Virus record (IMG/VR): IMGVR_UViG_3300048850_000156
Span: 1-52,811 of that record
DNA: 52,811 nt
Direction: 5' to 3' (one strand)
Origin: a virus
Taxonomy: Duplodnaviria > Caudoviricetes
In this document: positions 8,979-17,157 of the stretch, one piece after another
Numbering within the stretch: the stretch's first letter is position 1
Layout of the letters: every line of letters begins with the position of its first letter
Program-made: the position numbers and the translations under genes
Notes under the pieces: model-generated
Told to the model about the DNA's origin: nothing
What the model saw: only the letters and a program-made list of their open reading frames with translations
Database searches by the model: none

Positions 8979-9002
8979 GATTCCAGATCATTCATAAAAA
9001 AA

Positions 9003-9044
9003 TATGCGTTAGGCATTGACTATGTGTTATGCATAACGCATAGA
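9003..9044 (+). promoter_or_regulatory. PR-type promoter with repressor operators
   Basis: TATGCgttagGCATT (9003-9017) and TATGCataacGCATA (9028-9042); TTGACT-N17-CATAGA mirrors PL. Confidence 0.8.
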
Positions 9045-9050
9045 TTATGC

Positions 9051-9245
9051 ATGATGACACCAGAAACGATAAAAGCTCTTCGTGACGCTCGGGATTGGAG
9101 CCAGCAGGTATTGGCGGACACCCTTGGCGTTGACCAAGCAACCGTGTCCCGGTGGGAGAAGGGTAAGGCTCCCCCTAGCGGACCTGCCCGCAAGATGCTC
9201 GAAAGATTGATGTCGGATGGTGCAGCTTCGGGTGAAGCAGCATGA
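9051..9245 (+). CDS. cro: Cro-like HTH regulator (probably leaderless)
   Basis: IKALRDARDWSQQVLADTLGVDQATVSRWEKG; divergent from cI; ATG a few nt after the -10 element, no SD. Confidence 0.85.
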   Translation: MMTPETIKALRDARDWSQQVLADTLGVDQATVSRWEKGKAPPSGPARKMLERLMSDGAASGEAA

Positions 9246-10225
9246 GTGACTTGGTTGCAGTTGGACAATTGAGGGCATTCGTCGAGCGCATTGAGCGTGT
9301 CGAGGAAGAGATCAAGACCCTCAATGGCGACAAGTCCGATATCTACAAGGAACTCCGTGCTTTTGGGTTTGACGTCAAAGCCGTTCGTAAGGTCGTGGCG
9401 AAACGCAAGCTCGACGCGAATGAGCGCGAAGAGCAGGACGCGATGTTCGACCTGTATTGGGACGCTTTGACGGGTGCCTCTCACGTGCACGTGCACGAGG
9501 CTGGCAATTCCTACGCCGAAGTAAAGGGCATTGATCCTAAGCTTGCTCATACCATCGTGACCGGCTTGCGGACGGAAACCGGTCGCGCCGCTCTCATCGC
9601 AGCTGTCGACCTCATGATCGAGCGCGAAGAGCACATAGATCCGGAGAGCAGAGAAACCACGGAAAGCCCTGTTTCCCTGGATGAGGGACGGGTAGGCCAA
9701 AGCAGTGGCGTGAAAGCGGATGCTGCCAACGCAGGAGGCGAGGATGTAGACCGCAGCGCATTGCGCGCCAGCAGCGCCGTGGAAGTCGGCGCAACCAATT
9801 CGCCGGAAACGGCAAACGAGATGGACGATGACGCAATCGCTGCAGTGAAGGGTCAATCCCGACTGGCGAACGTCGCTGACGTTGAACCGTTGTCGTCCAG
9901 CCAGACCAACCCTGACCCGCGTACCTTGAGTGCTGCCGACGGCCAGCGCGGTATACCAAGCTCTTCTCCCGCGAGCGTAAAAAGCGATGGACTCCCATCC
10001 ATCGTCGGTCAGGGCCGCGCGAGCGGTGTTATCCATACGGGTTCGAAAGAAGAGCAAGCCGTCACCCAATTTGATCCACCGGCATTCCTGATCAAGGATC
10101 AGCCGGCAAAGACGATCCGCGATTACCGTCCGCACTGTCAGAAGCCTGATGCCTGTGGCGCGTCGGGGCTCAAGCATTGCTATTCCTGTACAAGATTGAC
10201 GGCAGTTGAGAGCGAGGTTGCCTAA
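9242..10225 (+). CDS. GapR/DUF2312-domain protein with long low-complexity extension and Cys-rich C-terminus
   Basis: QLRAFVERIERVEEEIKTLNGDKSDIYKELRAFGFDVKAVRKVVAKRKLD...EQDAMFDLYWDAL is a GapR-like signature. Confidence 0.8.
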   Translation: MSDLVAVGQLRAFVERIERVEEEIKTLNGDKSDIYKELRAFGFDVKAVRKVVAKRKLDANEREEQDAMFDLYWDALTGASHVHVHEAGNSYAEVKGIDPKLAHTIVTGLRTETGRAALIAAVDLMIEREEHIDPESRETTESPVSLDEGRVGQSSGVKADAANAGGEDVDRSALRASSAVEVGATNSPETANEMDDDAIAAVKGQSRLANVADVEPLSSSQTNPDPRTLSAADGQRGIPSSSPASVKSDGLPSIVGQGRASGVIHTGSKEEQAVTQFDPPAFLIKDQPAKTIRDYRPHCQKPDACGASGLKHCYSCTRLTAVESEVA

Positions 10226-10236
10226 TGGACCGCGCG

Positions 10237-10599
10237 TCACTTTGTCTTCTGTTCTGCCATGAAATTCTCATTGTCGTGCCCGAACAGAGTGCATCCGTTG
10301 CGCCTGTTTCCGGCGCGAACGGCACTTCGAATCGATTTGCTCGCCACGTCCTCAAGACCTCCCAAGCTGGCTTGAGCAAAACTGACAGGGGAAGCCAACG
10401 CCGTGGCTTCCCCTGTCTTTTTTCTCGCCTCGATTGCGCTGGACAGAACGCGTTCAGCGAGAAAACCAATCTGTTTTTCCGACCAGTCATCAACCCCGTG
10501 ATCCCCATCGCTGTGGTTGCTGCTGTCGTTCGCCCCTTCGTGGGCCTGCTCTGTTTTGCTCGTCTCTCTCTCCAAGGGTTCGGTTGGCTGCTTCGTCAT
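10237..10599 (-). CDS. Possible hypothetical protein (strand ambiguous against + ORF 10225-10692)
   Basis: Two overlapping opposite-strand ORFs, neither with a recognisable motif. Confidence 0.3.
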   Translation of the reverse strand: MTKQPTEPLERETSKTEQAHEGANDSSNHSDGDHGVDDWSEKQIGFLAERVLSSAIEARKKTGEATALASPVSFAQASLGGLEDVASKSIRSAVRAGNRRNGCTLFGHDNENFMAEQKTK

Positions 10600-10627
10600 G
10601 CAGCCAACCTAGCCAGGGAATTCGAGC

Positions 10628-11050
10628 ATGACGTTGTCAGAAAACGAGCATCACGTTGTCAAATTGAAATCGGAGCCGGAAGTCGTGAGTAGGGCCGAAA
10701 TTGCCAGTAGTTACGTCAACCGCATGGTTGATGGCGAGAGCCAGGGCTGGGGCGATGTGTACCCGGCAATGGAACGTTTGGGGCGCCGCTATCGACTCTC
10801 CAAGTGGACGCTTAATCATCTCAGAAAGCGCCGCGCGAAGACGGTCGATGATGGCACATTTCAGCGCATCAGGGCCGCGTATCTCCATTTCTGCGAACAG
10901 CAAATTTCAAATCTCAAGCACGAATTAGAACTCGAAAGGTCGGTGAATCCGGATGCTCATATGGAGGATTTTGAGCGCGAGGCTTCGCAGCTTTTGGCGA
11001 AGGTTCGTGAAGCGAAGAAAACAGCGAAAAGACCTGAAACCAGACCGTAG
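10628..11050 (+). CDS. Phage regulatory protein (CII-position hypothetical)
   Basis: ESQGWGD...AMERLGRRYRLSKWTLNHLRKRRAKT HTH-like segment; AGGGA upstream. Confidence 0.6.
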   Translation: MTLSENEHHVVKLKSEPEVVSRAEIASSYVNRMVDGESQGWGDVYPAMERLGRRYRLSKWTLNHLRKRRAKTVDDGTFQRIRAAYLHFCEQQISNLKHELELERSVNPDAHMEDFEREASQLLAKVREAKKTAKRPETRP

Positions 11051-11062
11051 GGCGGATATCAC

Positions 11063-13075
11063 ATGAACCGACCATTGATCATCGATTCTTTTGCAGGCGG
11101 CGGTGGTGCATCCACTGGTATCGAGATGGCGCTTGGCCGGTCGCCTGATATCGCGATCAATCATAACCCGGCCGCTCTCGCCATGCATGAGGCGAACCAT
11201 CCGCAAACGCTGCATCTGTCAGAGAACATCTACAAGGTCGATCCGCTGGACTATGTGGCTGGCAGGCATGTCGGGCTCGCTTGGTTTTCACCGGATTGCA
11301 AGCATTTCTCCAAGGCAAAAGGCGGCAAGCCGGTCGAGCGCAACATCCGCGACCTGGCATGGATCGTTGTCCTTTGGGGACGTCGCGCCAAGCCGGACGT
11401 CATATTCCTTGAGAACGTCGAAGAGTTCCGCGAGTGGGGGCCGTTGATCCAGACGGATCGCGGATTGATGCCGGATCCTGATGCAAAGGGCCACACCTTC
11501 CAGCAATGGTGCAAGGCGCTGCGTAACCTCGGATACAAGATCGAATGGCGGGAGCTACGCGCCTGTGATTTTGGAGCGCCAACAATCCGCAAGCGGTTCT
11601 TCCTGATTGCCCGCCGAGACGGGAAGAAGATCGTTTGGCCGAACCCCACTCATGGAAAGCCGACTGATCCGGAAGTCATTTCCGGCCGGAAGCTGCCGTG
11701 GCGCACCGCGGCCGAGATTATTGACTGGTCAAATCCATGCCCGTCGATCTTTGATACCTCCGAAGAGATCATGGAGAAACATGGCTTGCGCGCCGTCCGC
11801 CCGCTTGCGCCGGCGACGATGTCGAGAACCGCTCGCGGTTTGAAGCGCTATGTGCTGGACGCTGCCCGTCCTTTTCTCGTGAACCTCACTCACGGCGCGC
11901 GTCTTGAATCCGTCGACGAACCATTCAATACGATCACTGGCGCGAACCGCGGTGAGAAGGCGGTCATAGCGCCTGCAGTGATCAAGTTTCAGACGGGCTC
12001 AACCGGACATCGTGCCGACGAGCCTTTGCACACCGTGACCGCGAATAGCTTTATCAAGAGGCCAGGCGGTGCCGCGCCGGTAGGTATAATTGCGCCGGTA
12101 TTGACCGCAGGACAACACGGAGGGTTTAATCGTTCCGTCGAAGATCCCCACCATACCATCACTGCGAGCAAGAAAGATCAGAACGCAGTGATCGTACCTA
12201 CGCTCGTCGGATGTGGTGGACGAGTTGGTCAAAGTCGTCCGCGCGGTGGCGATGAACCAATGGCGACGATTACAGCAAAGGCGGACGTTTGTGTCGCCAC
12301 CGCTTTTGTTGCACGTCAGTTCGGTGAGAGCATCGGACACGATGTTGGTGAACCATCCGCAACAGTGACGGCTGGCGGCGGCGGCAAGTCTGCCCTTGTG
12401 TCCGCCTTCGTAGCGCAGCACAACAATGACAGCCGACGCGACGGCGGTGTCAATCCCGGCCGCGCAATGGACGAGCCATTGTCAACCGTCACGCAAACGG
12501 GTTCGCAACAAGGCGTCATCGCGGCCTCTCTCATGAGCCTCAAGGGATCAGACAGGCGTGATAGCGACCTAGACGAACCACACCCGACGGTCCTTGCCGG
12601 CGGACGGCATTCGGCACTCGTGACCCCATTCATGACCAAATACTACGGCACCGGCGATGGTGCTCGTGTCGATGAACCTGCCCATACCGTGACGATGAAG
12701 GATCGTTTCGCCTTCGTCGAGGGTGAAGTTGCAACGCCGCCGCTTACTGACGCCCAGTTCAGCCTGGCGCGCGCTGTTGCCGACTTCATGCGAGAGCATG
12801 GTTTCTGGGATGAGCGCGAGTTCGTCACCGTCAGGATCGGTGGCGACCTTTACACGATTGTCGATATCGGAATGCGGATGCTCACCCCGCGCGAGTTGTT
12901 CGGCGCACAGGGCTTTCCAGCGAACTACATCATTGGCCCGATCTATAACGGCAAGCCTCTATCGAAGAGTGACCAGATCGGATGTTGCGGCAATTCCGTT
13001 TCGCCTCCAATGGCCGCTGCGCTTGTCGGTGCCAATTGCTCTGACCTCATCGAATATCGTGAGGCTGCAGAATGA
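11063..13075 (+). CDS. DNA (cytosine-5) methyltransferase with expanded repetitive variable region
   Basis: Motif I DSFAGGGG, IV SPDCKHFS, VI LENVEEF, VIII PTIRKRFF, IX RMLTPREL..AQGF, X GNSVSPP. Confidence 0.92.
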   Translation: MNRPLIIDSFAGGGGASTGIEMALGRSPDIAINHNPAALAMHEANHPQTLHLSENIYKVDPLDYVAGRHVGLAWFSPDCKHFSKAKGGKPVERNIRDLAWIVVLWGRRAKPDVIFLENVEEFREWGPLIQTDRGLMPDPDAKGHTFQQWCKALRNLGYKIEWRELRACDFGAPTIRKRFFLIARRDGKKIVWPNPTHGKPTDPEVISGRKLPWRTAAEIIDWSNPCPSIFDTSEEIMEKHGLRAVRPLAPATMSRTARGLKRYVLDAARPFLVNLTHGARLESVDEPFNTITGANRGEKAVIAPAVIKFQTGSTGHRADEPLHTVTANSFIKRPGGAAPVGIIAPVLTAGQHGGFNRSVEDPHHTITASKKDQNAVIVPTLVGCGGRVGQSRPRGGDEPMATITAKADVCVATAFVARQFGESIGHDVGEPSATVTAGGGGKSALVSAFVAQHNNDSRRDGGVNPGRAMDEPLSTVTQTGSQQGVIAASLMSLKGSDRRDSDLDEPHPTVLAGGRHSALVTPFMTKYYGTGDGARVDEPAHTVTMKDRFAFVEGEVATPPLTDAQFSLARAVADFMREHGFWDEREFVTVRIGGDLYTIVDIGMRMLTPRELFGAQGFPANYIIGPIYNGKPLSKSDQIGCCGNSVSPPMAAALVGANCSDLIEYREAAE

Positions 13076-13188
13076 ACGACAATCACAATGACACCATCAG
13101 CCCTTTGAGCATCGCGATCGGCGTGTGCCTGGCACTCGTCGCCCTCGCTTGGATGATCGTCCCTCTGTTCTTCATTCGGGGGATTTGA
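13072..13188 (+). CDS. 38-aa single-TM peptide (not in ORF track)
   Basis: MNDNHNDTISPLSIAIGVCLALVALAWMIVPLFFIRGI; ATGA/TGATG coupling to both methyltransferase genes. Confidence 0.55.
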   Translation: MNDNHNDTISPLSIAIGVCLALVALAWMIVPLFFIRGI

Positions 13189-13760
13189 TGCACCTGTTTG
13201 ACTGGCCGTTCAAAGGAATCAACCCACATAGCTTTGACTTCATCATGGCGGATCCGCCATGGAGGTTTATCGTTCGATCAGAGAAAGGCGAGGGTGAGAG
13301 CGCGCAGGCGCACTACGACACCATGGCGCTGGATGAAATCAACGCTATGCCTGTCAGGGATCTCGCTGCACCGAGTTGCGTGCTTTGGCTTTGGTGCACC
13401 GCTCCAATGCTCCCGCAGCAGCTCACCACGGTTAAAGCATGGGGATTCGAATATTGCACCGAGGGCGTGTGGGTGAAGATGACCAAGCACGGCAAGGTCT
13501 CCTTCGGCACTGGCTATGGCCTTCGAGGTTCTCATGAGCCCTTCATCATTGCCAAACGAGGTGAACCAAAGCTCACGAAATCAACCCGATCAGTCATTCA
13601 CGGCAAGGCGCGTGAGCATTCCCGCAAGCCCGAGGAAGCCTACTTCGAAGCAGAGCGGTTGATGCCTCGTGCTCATCGTATCGATCTTTTTTCACGCACG
13701 AATCGTCCGGGCTGGACCGCATGGGGCAAAGAAGCCGGTAAATTTGGAGTGGCCGCATGA
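13188..13760 (+). CDS. MT-A70 family N6-adenine methyltransferase
   Basis: FIMADPPW, LWLWCT, AWGFEY, REHSRKPE, IDLFSR...GWTAWGKE. Confidence 0.9.
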   Translation: MHLFDWPFKGINPHSFDFIMADPPWRFIVRSEKGEGESAQAHYDTMALDEINAMPVRDLAAPSCVLWLWCTAPMLPQQLTTVKAWGFEYCTEGVWVKMTKHGKVSFGTGYGLRGSHEPFIIAKRGEPKLTKSTRSVIHGKAREHSRKPEEAYFEAERLMPRAHRIDLFSRTNRPGWTAWGKEAGKFGVAA

Positions 13761-13963
13761 CGGAGCGCATTCCAAACAACGAGATGGCCGAAGAACTTAA
13801 CAAGCTCGTCATTGGGAAAGCGACGTGGCTTCAGGAATTCTCAGAAGGCAGGCGTAAGCGCCCCGACCACGAAATCGAGGCAAAATGGCGCGAGCTCGCC
13901 GTCCTGAAACAGGCTGTGTCTGATTATGCCGCTGCATCTGAGCGGGTCCGAGGTGCCGCATGA
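13757..13963 (+). CDS. Phage hypothetical protein
   Basis: 68 aa, ATGA-coupled on both sides. Confidence 0.6.
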   Translation: MTERIPNNEMAEELNKLVIGKATWLQEFSEGRRKRPDHEIEAKWRELAVLKQAVSDYAAASERVRGAA

Positions 13964-14586
13964 GTTCCGCTCCCGCAATGCCAGTGTTTCCAGATGCCTA
14001 TCTGGCTGACACGACGCATCTCAGCACCGAAGAGCATGGAGCTTACTTCTTGCTGCTCATGGCCATGTGGCGCCGCAACGGAACGGTGCCGGATGACGAT
14101 CGCGACATCGCGCGCATCGTCGGTCTCGACATCAAATCGTGGCGCAAGATGCGGAAGCGGCTCATGCCCTTTCTTACCGTGGACGGTAATTTTCTCACGC
14201 AGAAACGCCTCAAAAAAGAATGGGATTATGTGAGCGAAAAACGCAACAAGAATGCGGCCAACGGTGCACGTGGAGGCAGACCCAAAGCCAACATAAACAA
14301 TCGCTTAGATCAAGCGAACGGTTTTCAAAATGGAAACCCAAACGATAAGCGAAACGAAAGCCCCCATAACCCAGAACCCAATCCCATAGAAAAACCTACC
14401 AGTTTTTCAGAGGGCGCAAGCGCGCGAAAACCGAATGGATTTGTCCACCTTCGGAAATCAACAGATGCAGCACGTTCACTCATTCAGGAGCTCAAGGAAA
14501 ATGAACAACTCGGAGAAGATCGAGGCGACAAAGTCATTGACCAAACTGTTCGGGAGCTTCCCGCAATCGCCTATGTCCGATCCTGA
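13960..14586 (+). CDS. DUF1376/YdaU-family replication initiator
   Basis: MPVFPDAYLADTTHLSTEEHGAYFLLLMAMW...NGARGGRP. Confidence 0.85.
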   Translation: MSSAPAMPVFPDAYLADTTHLSTEEHGAYFLLLMAMWRRNGTVPDDDRDIARIVGLDIKSWRKMRKRLMPFLTVDGNFLTQKRLKKEWDYVSEKRNKNAANGARGGRPKANINNRLDQANGFQNGNPNDKRNESPHNPEPNPIEKPTSFSEGASARKPNGFVHLRKSTDAARSLIQELKENEQLGEDRGDKVIDQTVRELPAIAYVRS

Positions 14587-14803
14587 CCTTCAGCTTCGCG
14601 CCTACCTCGACGCGGTCGAGGACTTCGAATGTGTGGACGTGCTGGCAGCGGTAGAGCGGTTTCGACAGGGCGAAGTCAAGGAGGTCAACAAGGCCTATTG
14701 CCCGTCAACAGCGCAGCTCTGTGACGAAGTTCGGTATCGGAAACAGATGCGGGAAATCATGGCCCGCGCCGGCGTGAAGCCGGGGCAGGTGGTTATTCAG
14801 TAG
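14501..14803 (+). CDS. Replication accessory (P-position) hypothetical protein
   Basis: AYLDAVEDF...AVERFRQGEV...YCPSTAQL; AAGGA SD; follows the initiator gene. Confidence 0.6.
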   Translation: MNNSEKIEATKSLTKLFGSFPQSPMSDPDLQLRAYLDAVEDFECVDVLAAVERFRQGEVKEVNKAYCPSTAQLCDEVRYRKQMREIMARAGVKPGQVVIQ

Positions 14804-14811
14804 GAGTAAGC

Positions 14812-15123
14812 GTGATGTTTGAGAACGATGAAATACAGGAACGGGCCAAAAGGCTGATTGCAGCAAGCCCGGCATTGGCTCGCGAGATCGTCCGCCAGTT
14901 TGATCCGAAGCCCAAGAGGCTGACCGATAGGCAACAGCAGGCGTTGGACGTTCTCAAGGCCCACCAGCAGGAACATGGTGTGCCCCCGACTTACAAGGAA
15001 GCCGCTGAGGCGCTGGGCTGCTCATCCACCGCAGCGTTCTACATGCTCCACCGGCTCCAGGCGCGTGGCTATGTCGAGATAGAGCCCCATCAGCGGCGAT
15101 CGATCATTCTCAAAGCAGCATGA
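14812..15123 (+). CDS. LexA-type DNA-binding-domain protein (no peptidase domain)
   Basis: LTDRQQQALDVL...HGVPPTYKEAAEALGCSS...LHRLQARGYVE...RSI. Confidence 0.8.
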   Translation: MMFENDEIQERAKRLIAASPALAREIVRQFDPKPKRLTDRQQQALDVLKAHQQEHGVPPTYKEAAEALGCSSTAAFYMLHRLQARGYVEIEPHQRRSIILKAA

Positions 15124-15165
15124 CGGGGAAGCGGTGCCCCACACCTTCAACGGACAGGACAGAAC

Positions 15166-15735
15166 ATGAAATCCGGCATCGACAAAGACAAGCACTGGTA
15201 TGTGGTGCGGACTACCGTGAAGGGTGAAGACAAGGCTTTCTATAACATTCGCAAGGCTGGCTACGACACGTATTACCCGCGTCGCAGGGTCGAAGTTCAG
15301 CATCGGCGCACGAAGGTCTATGTGGTGAAGGAAGAGGCTCTAATGCCTCGGTATCTGTTCGTCGGCAATCCGGATTTCTATCAGGTCCGAAATTGCGATG
15401 GAGTAGAAGGCATTCTCGGAGTTGATGGCCGTCCGATCCGCATTTCTGGCAAGAGCGTCCAAGATATCTACGTGGCTGAAATCGACATGGACTTTGACGA
15501 TACTAGAGCCGCTCGCATCCATCGGAAGGAAGAACTGGCAACGGAGAAGGAAAACACGGCTCGTCAGTTTCCTTCAGGCCAAAGCGTCATCGTCGTAGAC
15601 ATAGGAAACCCCTTCACCCAACATTGCGGGATCGTCGAAGAGGTCACCAAGGCAGGCAAAGTCAAGGCTTTGATGCAATTGTTCGGCCGGATGACTCCAG
15701 TCGAGTTTGATGCAAGACAACTGCAGCCTGCGTAG
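15166..15735 (+). CDS. NusG-family transcription antiterminator (late-gene regulator)
   Basis: WYVVRT..KGEDKA, LMPRYLFV, C-terminal KOW and LFGRMTPVEF; occupies the Q position. Confidence 0.88.
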   Translation: MKSGIDKDKHWYVVRTTVKGEDKAFYNIRKAGYDTYYPRRRVEVQHRRTKVYVVKEEALMPRYLFVGNPDFYQVRNCDGVEGILGVDGRPIRISGKSVQDIYVAEIDMDFDDTRAARIHRKEELATEKENTARQFPSGQSVIVVDIGNPFTQHCGIVEEVTKAGKVKALMQLFGRMTPVEFDARQLQPA

Positions 15736-15954
15736 CAAGAGGCAATTATCCCCAATTTCTTGAAAATAATCCTTTTATGTAGGACGCAAATCAGTTTATA
15801 CGCGCATGCAGGATGATTTGATGTTCAGTGCGGACCTTTGGACAGGGAATACTCGCCGGTCAAACCCAGCCCAAGCAGATGGCTTGCGGCAAATGGAGGT
15901 TTATTGTCCCGTGAGCTTCACCGCTTCCCCTCCATGGAAAGCTATTCACCAAAT

Positions 15955-16140
15955 TCAGAGGTCGATGGAGTTTAATTCGCGCTCGATGTTCTTCCGGTTA
16001 CCTGCATGTTTGGCGATCAGCTCCATGACCTTGTTTCGGCTAATGTCATACTTCGTCATGAGGTAGTTGATCTCGTACTCTTGATGGGCTGAAACTTTTG
16101 AACGGTCGCGGTTGTCTCTTATGGATTTGTCGTCTGCCAT
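15955..16140 (-). CDS. DUF3606-like small stress protein
   Basis: MADDKSIRDNRDRSKVSAHQEYEINYL..KYDIS...GNRKNIEREL. Confidence 0.75.
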   Translation of the reverse strand: MADDKSIRDNRDRSKVSAHQEYEINYLMTKYDISRNKVMELIAKHAGNRKNIERELNSIDL

Positions 16141-16176
16141 CTGCGTTGCCCTCCGCTTCTCCACGATTTTTGCCTC

Positions 16177-16201
16177 AACTGAACACGGCTATTTTTGTTC
16201 C
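16177..16201 (-). promoter_or_regulatory. EcfG/RpoE2 (general stress sigma)-type promoter
   Basis: Minus strand GGAAC-aaaaatagccgtgttcag(N18)-TT upstream of the DUF3606 gene. Confidence 0.55.
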
Positions 16202-16202
16202 C

Positions 16203-16278
16203 TGCGGAGTGGAGAAGTGGTCATCTCGTCGGGCTCATAACTCGAAGACTGTCGGTTCGAATCCGACCTACCGGAACC
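16203..16278 (+). tRNA. Degenerate tRNA-Met(CAT), initiator-like, copy 1
   Basis: D arm GAGA/TCTC, anticodon arm TCGGG-CTCATAA-CTCGA, T arm GTCGG-TTCGAAT-CCGAC; acceptor stem imperfect and ends CCG rather than CCA. Confidence 0.7.
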
Positions 16279-16348
16279 GATTGGCTACGATAAAAGCCGC
16301 TCCGACCTCTTAGCTGTAGGGTTGAAAGCCTCCGTTTTGCTTTGCCTC

Positions 16349-16807
16349 CTAAGCTGATACGGGAATATCGAAGTGCATGACATCCTCACGGCTGCCCATC
16401 TTTGTGTAGAGGGTTACCGCCGGGTCATCTCCGTAGTCTGCCTGCACATAGATTACCCAGGCACCGCGGTCGCGGGCGATCTTGCGAAGATGTTCGATGA
16501 GAGAGGTTGCTATGCCCCTGCGGCGATGCGTTTCATCCACAGCTAGATCATAGATATAAATCTCTCGGCGCTGGCGTTCAAATTTCTGAAGCTCATAGGC
16601 GACCAAGCCGCCAACGACCTGGTTATCTTGCATGCAGACCAGAGCAATGACGTGATCCATCGAAAGCAGATTTGCAATGTAGTCTGCGGTGGGTGGTTCA
16701 CCCGTGTAGGCATTCGGATCACCAAAAGCCCGGGCGAACATGGCGTTCATCTCGCGGAGAGCGATTTCGTCGTTTGGTCCTAGCCTTCGGATAATCATTG
16801 ACTGCAT
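16349..16807 (-). CDS. aac(3)-I: AAC(3)-I family aminoglycoside N-acetyltransferase (GNAT)
   Basis: AYELQKFERQRREIYIYDLAVDETHRRRGIAT...VIYVQADYGDDPAVTLYTKMGSREDVMHFDI closely follows the AAC(3)-I signature. Confidence 0.85.
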   Translation of the reverse strand: MQSMIIRRLGPNDEIALREMNAMFARAFGDPNAYTGEPPTADYIANLLSMDHVIALVCMQDNQVVGGLVAYELQKFERQRREIYIYDLAVDETHRRRGIATSLIEHLRKIARDRGAWVIYVQADYGDDPAVTLYTKMGSREDVMHFDIPVSA

Positions 16808-16856
16808 GGTCGTGCCCTTTCGAGCCCATTACAGGGGATAATTGCCGCCATCAAAC

Positions 16857-17114
16857 TCAGCTCTGAATCGTACGGATAATTCCATCCACCAAGTTCTTGC
16901 TACCGCTGCGATTGAGTATTTGGAGATACTGCACCGTCCTGGATGCCGCCGCTTCCAGTTGCCACTGACATCCCTCGAAGTGGCACTCAAGAAACCCAGG
17001 TAGCGCTCCTCCGCTGAACACCATGGAGCAGTTCTTGAACTCGCAGTCGATAAACTGCTGCCCATCCACGTGTACTCTTTCGCTTTCAAAAATTCGCGCT
17101 GCAAACTTGACCAT
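16857..17114 (-). CDS. Hypothetical protein (pentapeptide-like FIDCEFKNC)
   Basis: 85 aa ORF directly upstream of aac on the same strand. Confidence 0.55.
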   Translation of the reverse strand: MVKFAARIFESERVHVDGQQFIDCEFKNCSMVFSGGALPGFLECHFEGCQWQLEAAASRTVQYLQILNRSGSKNLVDGIIRTIQS

Positions 17115-17157
17115 GGGGACATTCTTTATGTGTACCGGAGTAGCGTCAACCCTTATG

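Noticed and set aside
9020-10240. 406-aa minus-strand ORF
   Set aside because: Antisense shadow of cro and the GapR-domain gene; no motifs.
16280-16348. Integron attC site downstream of aac(3)-I
   Set aside because: No RYYYAAC...GTTRRRY pair or extended imperfect palindrome, and no integron integrase in the window.
15741-16846. 13-bp inverted repeat GGCAATTATCCCC (15741-15753 and 16834-16846)
   Set aside because: A 13-mer match at this distance is expected about once by chance in a window this size, and there is no invertase or transposase.
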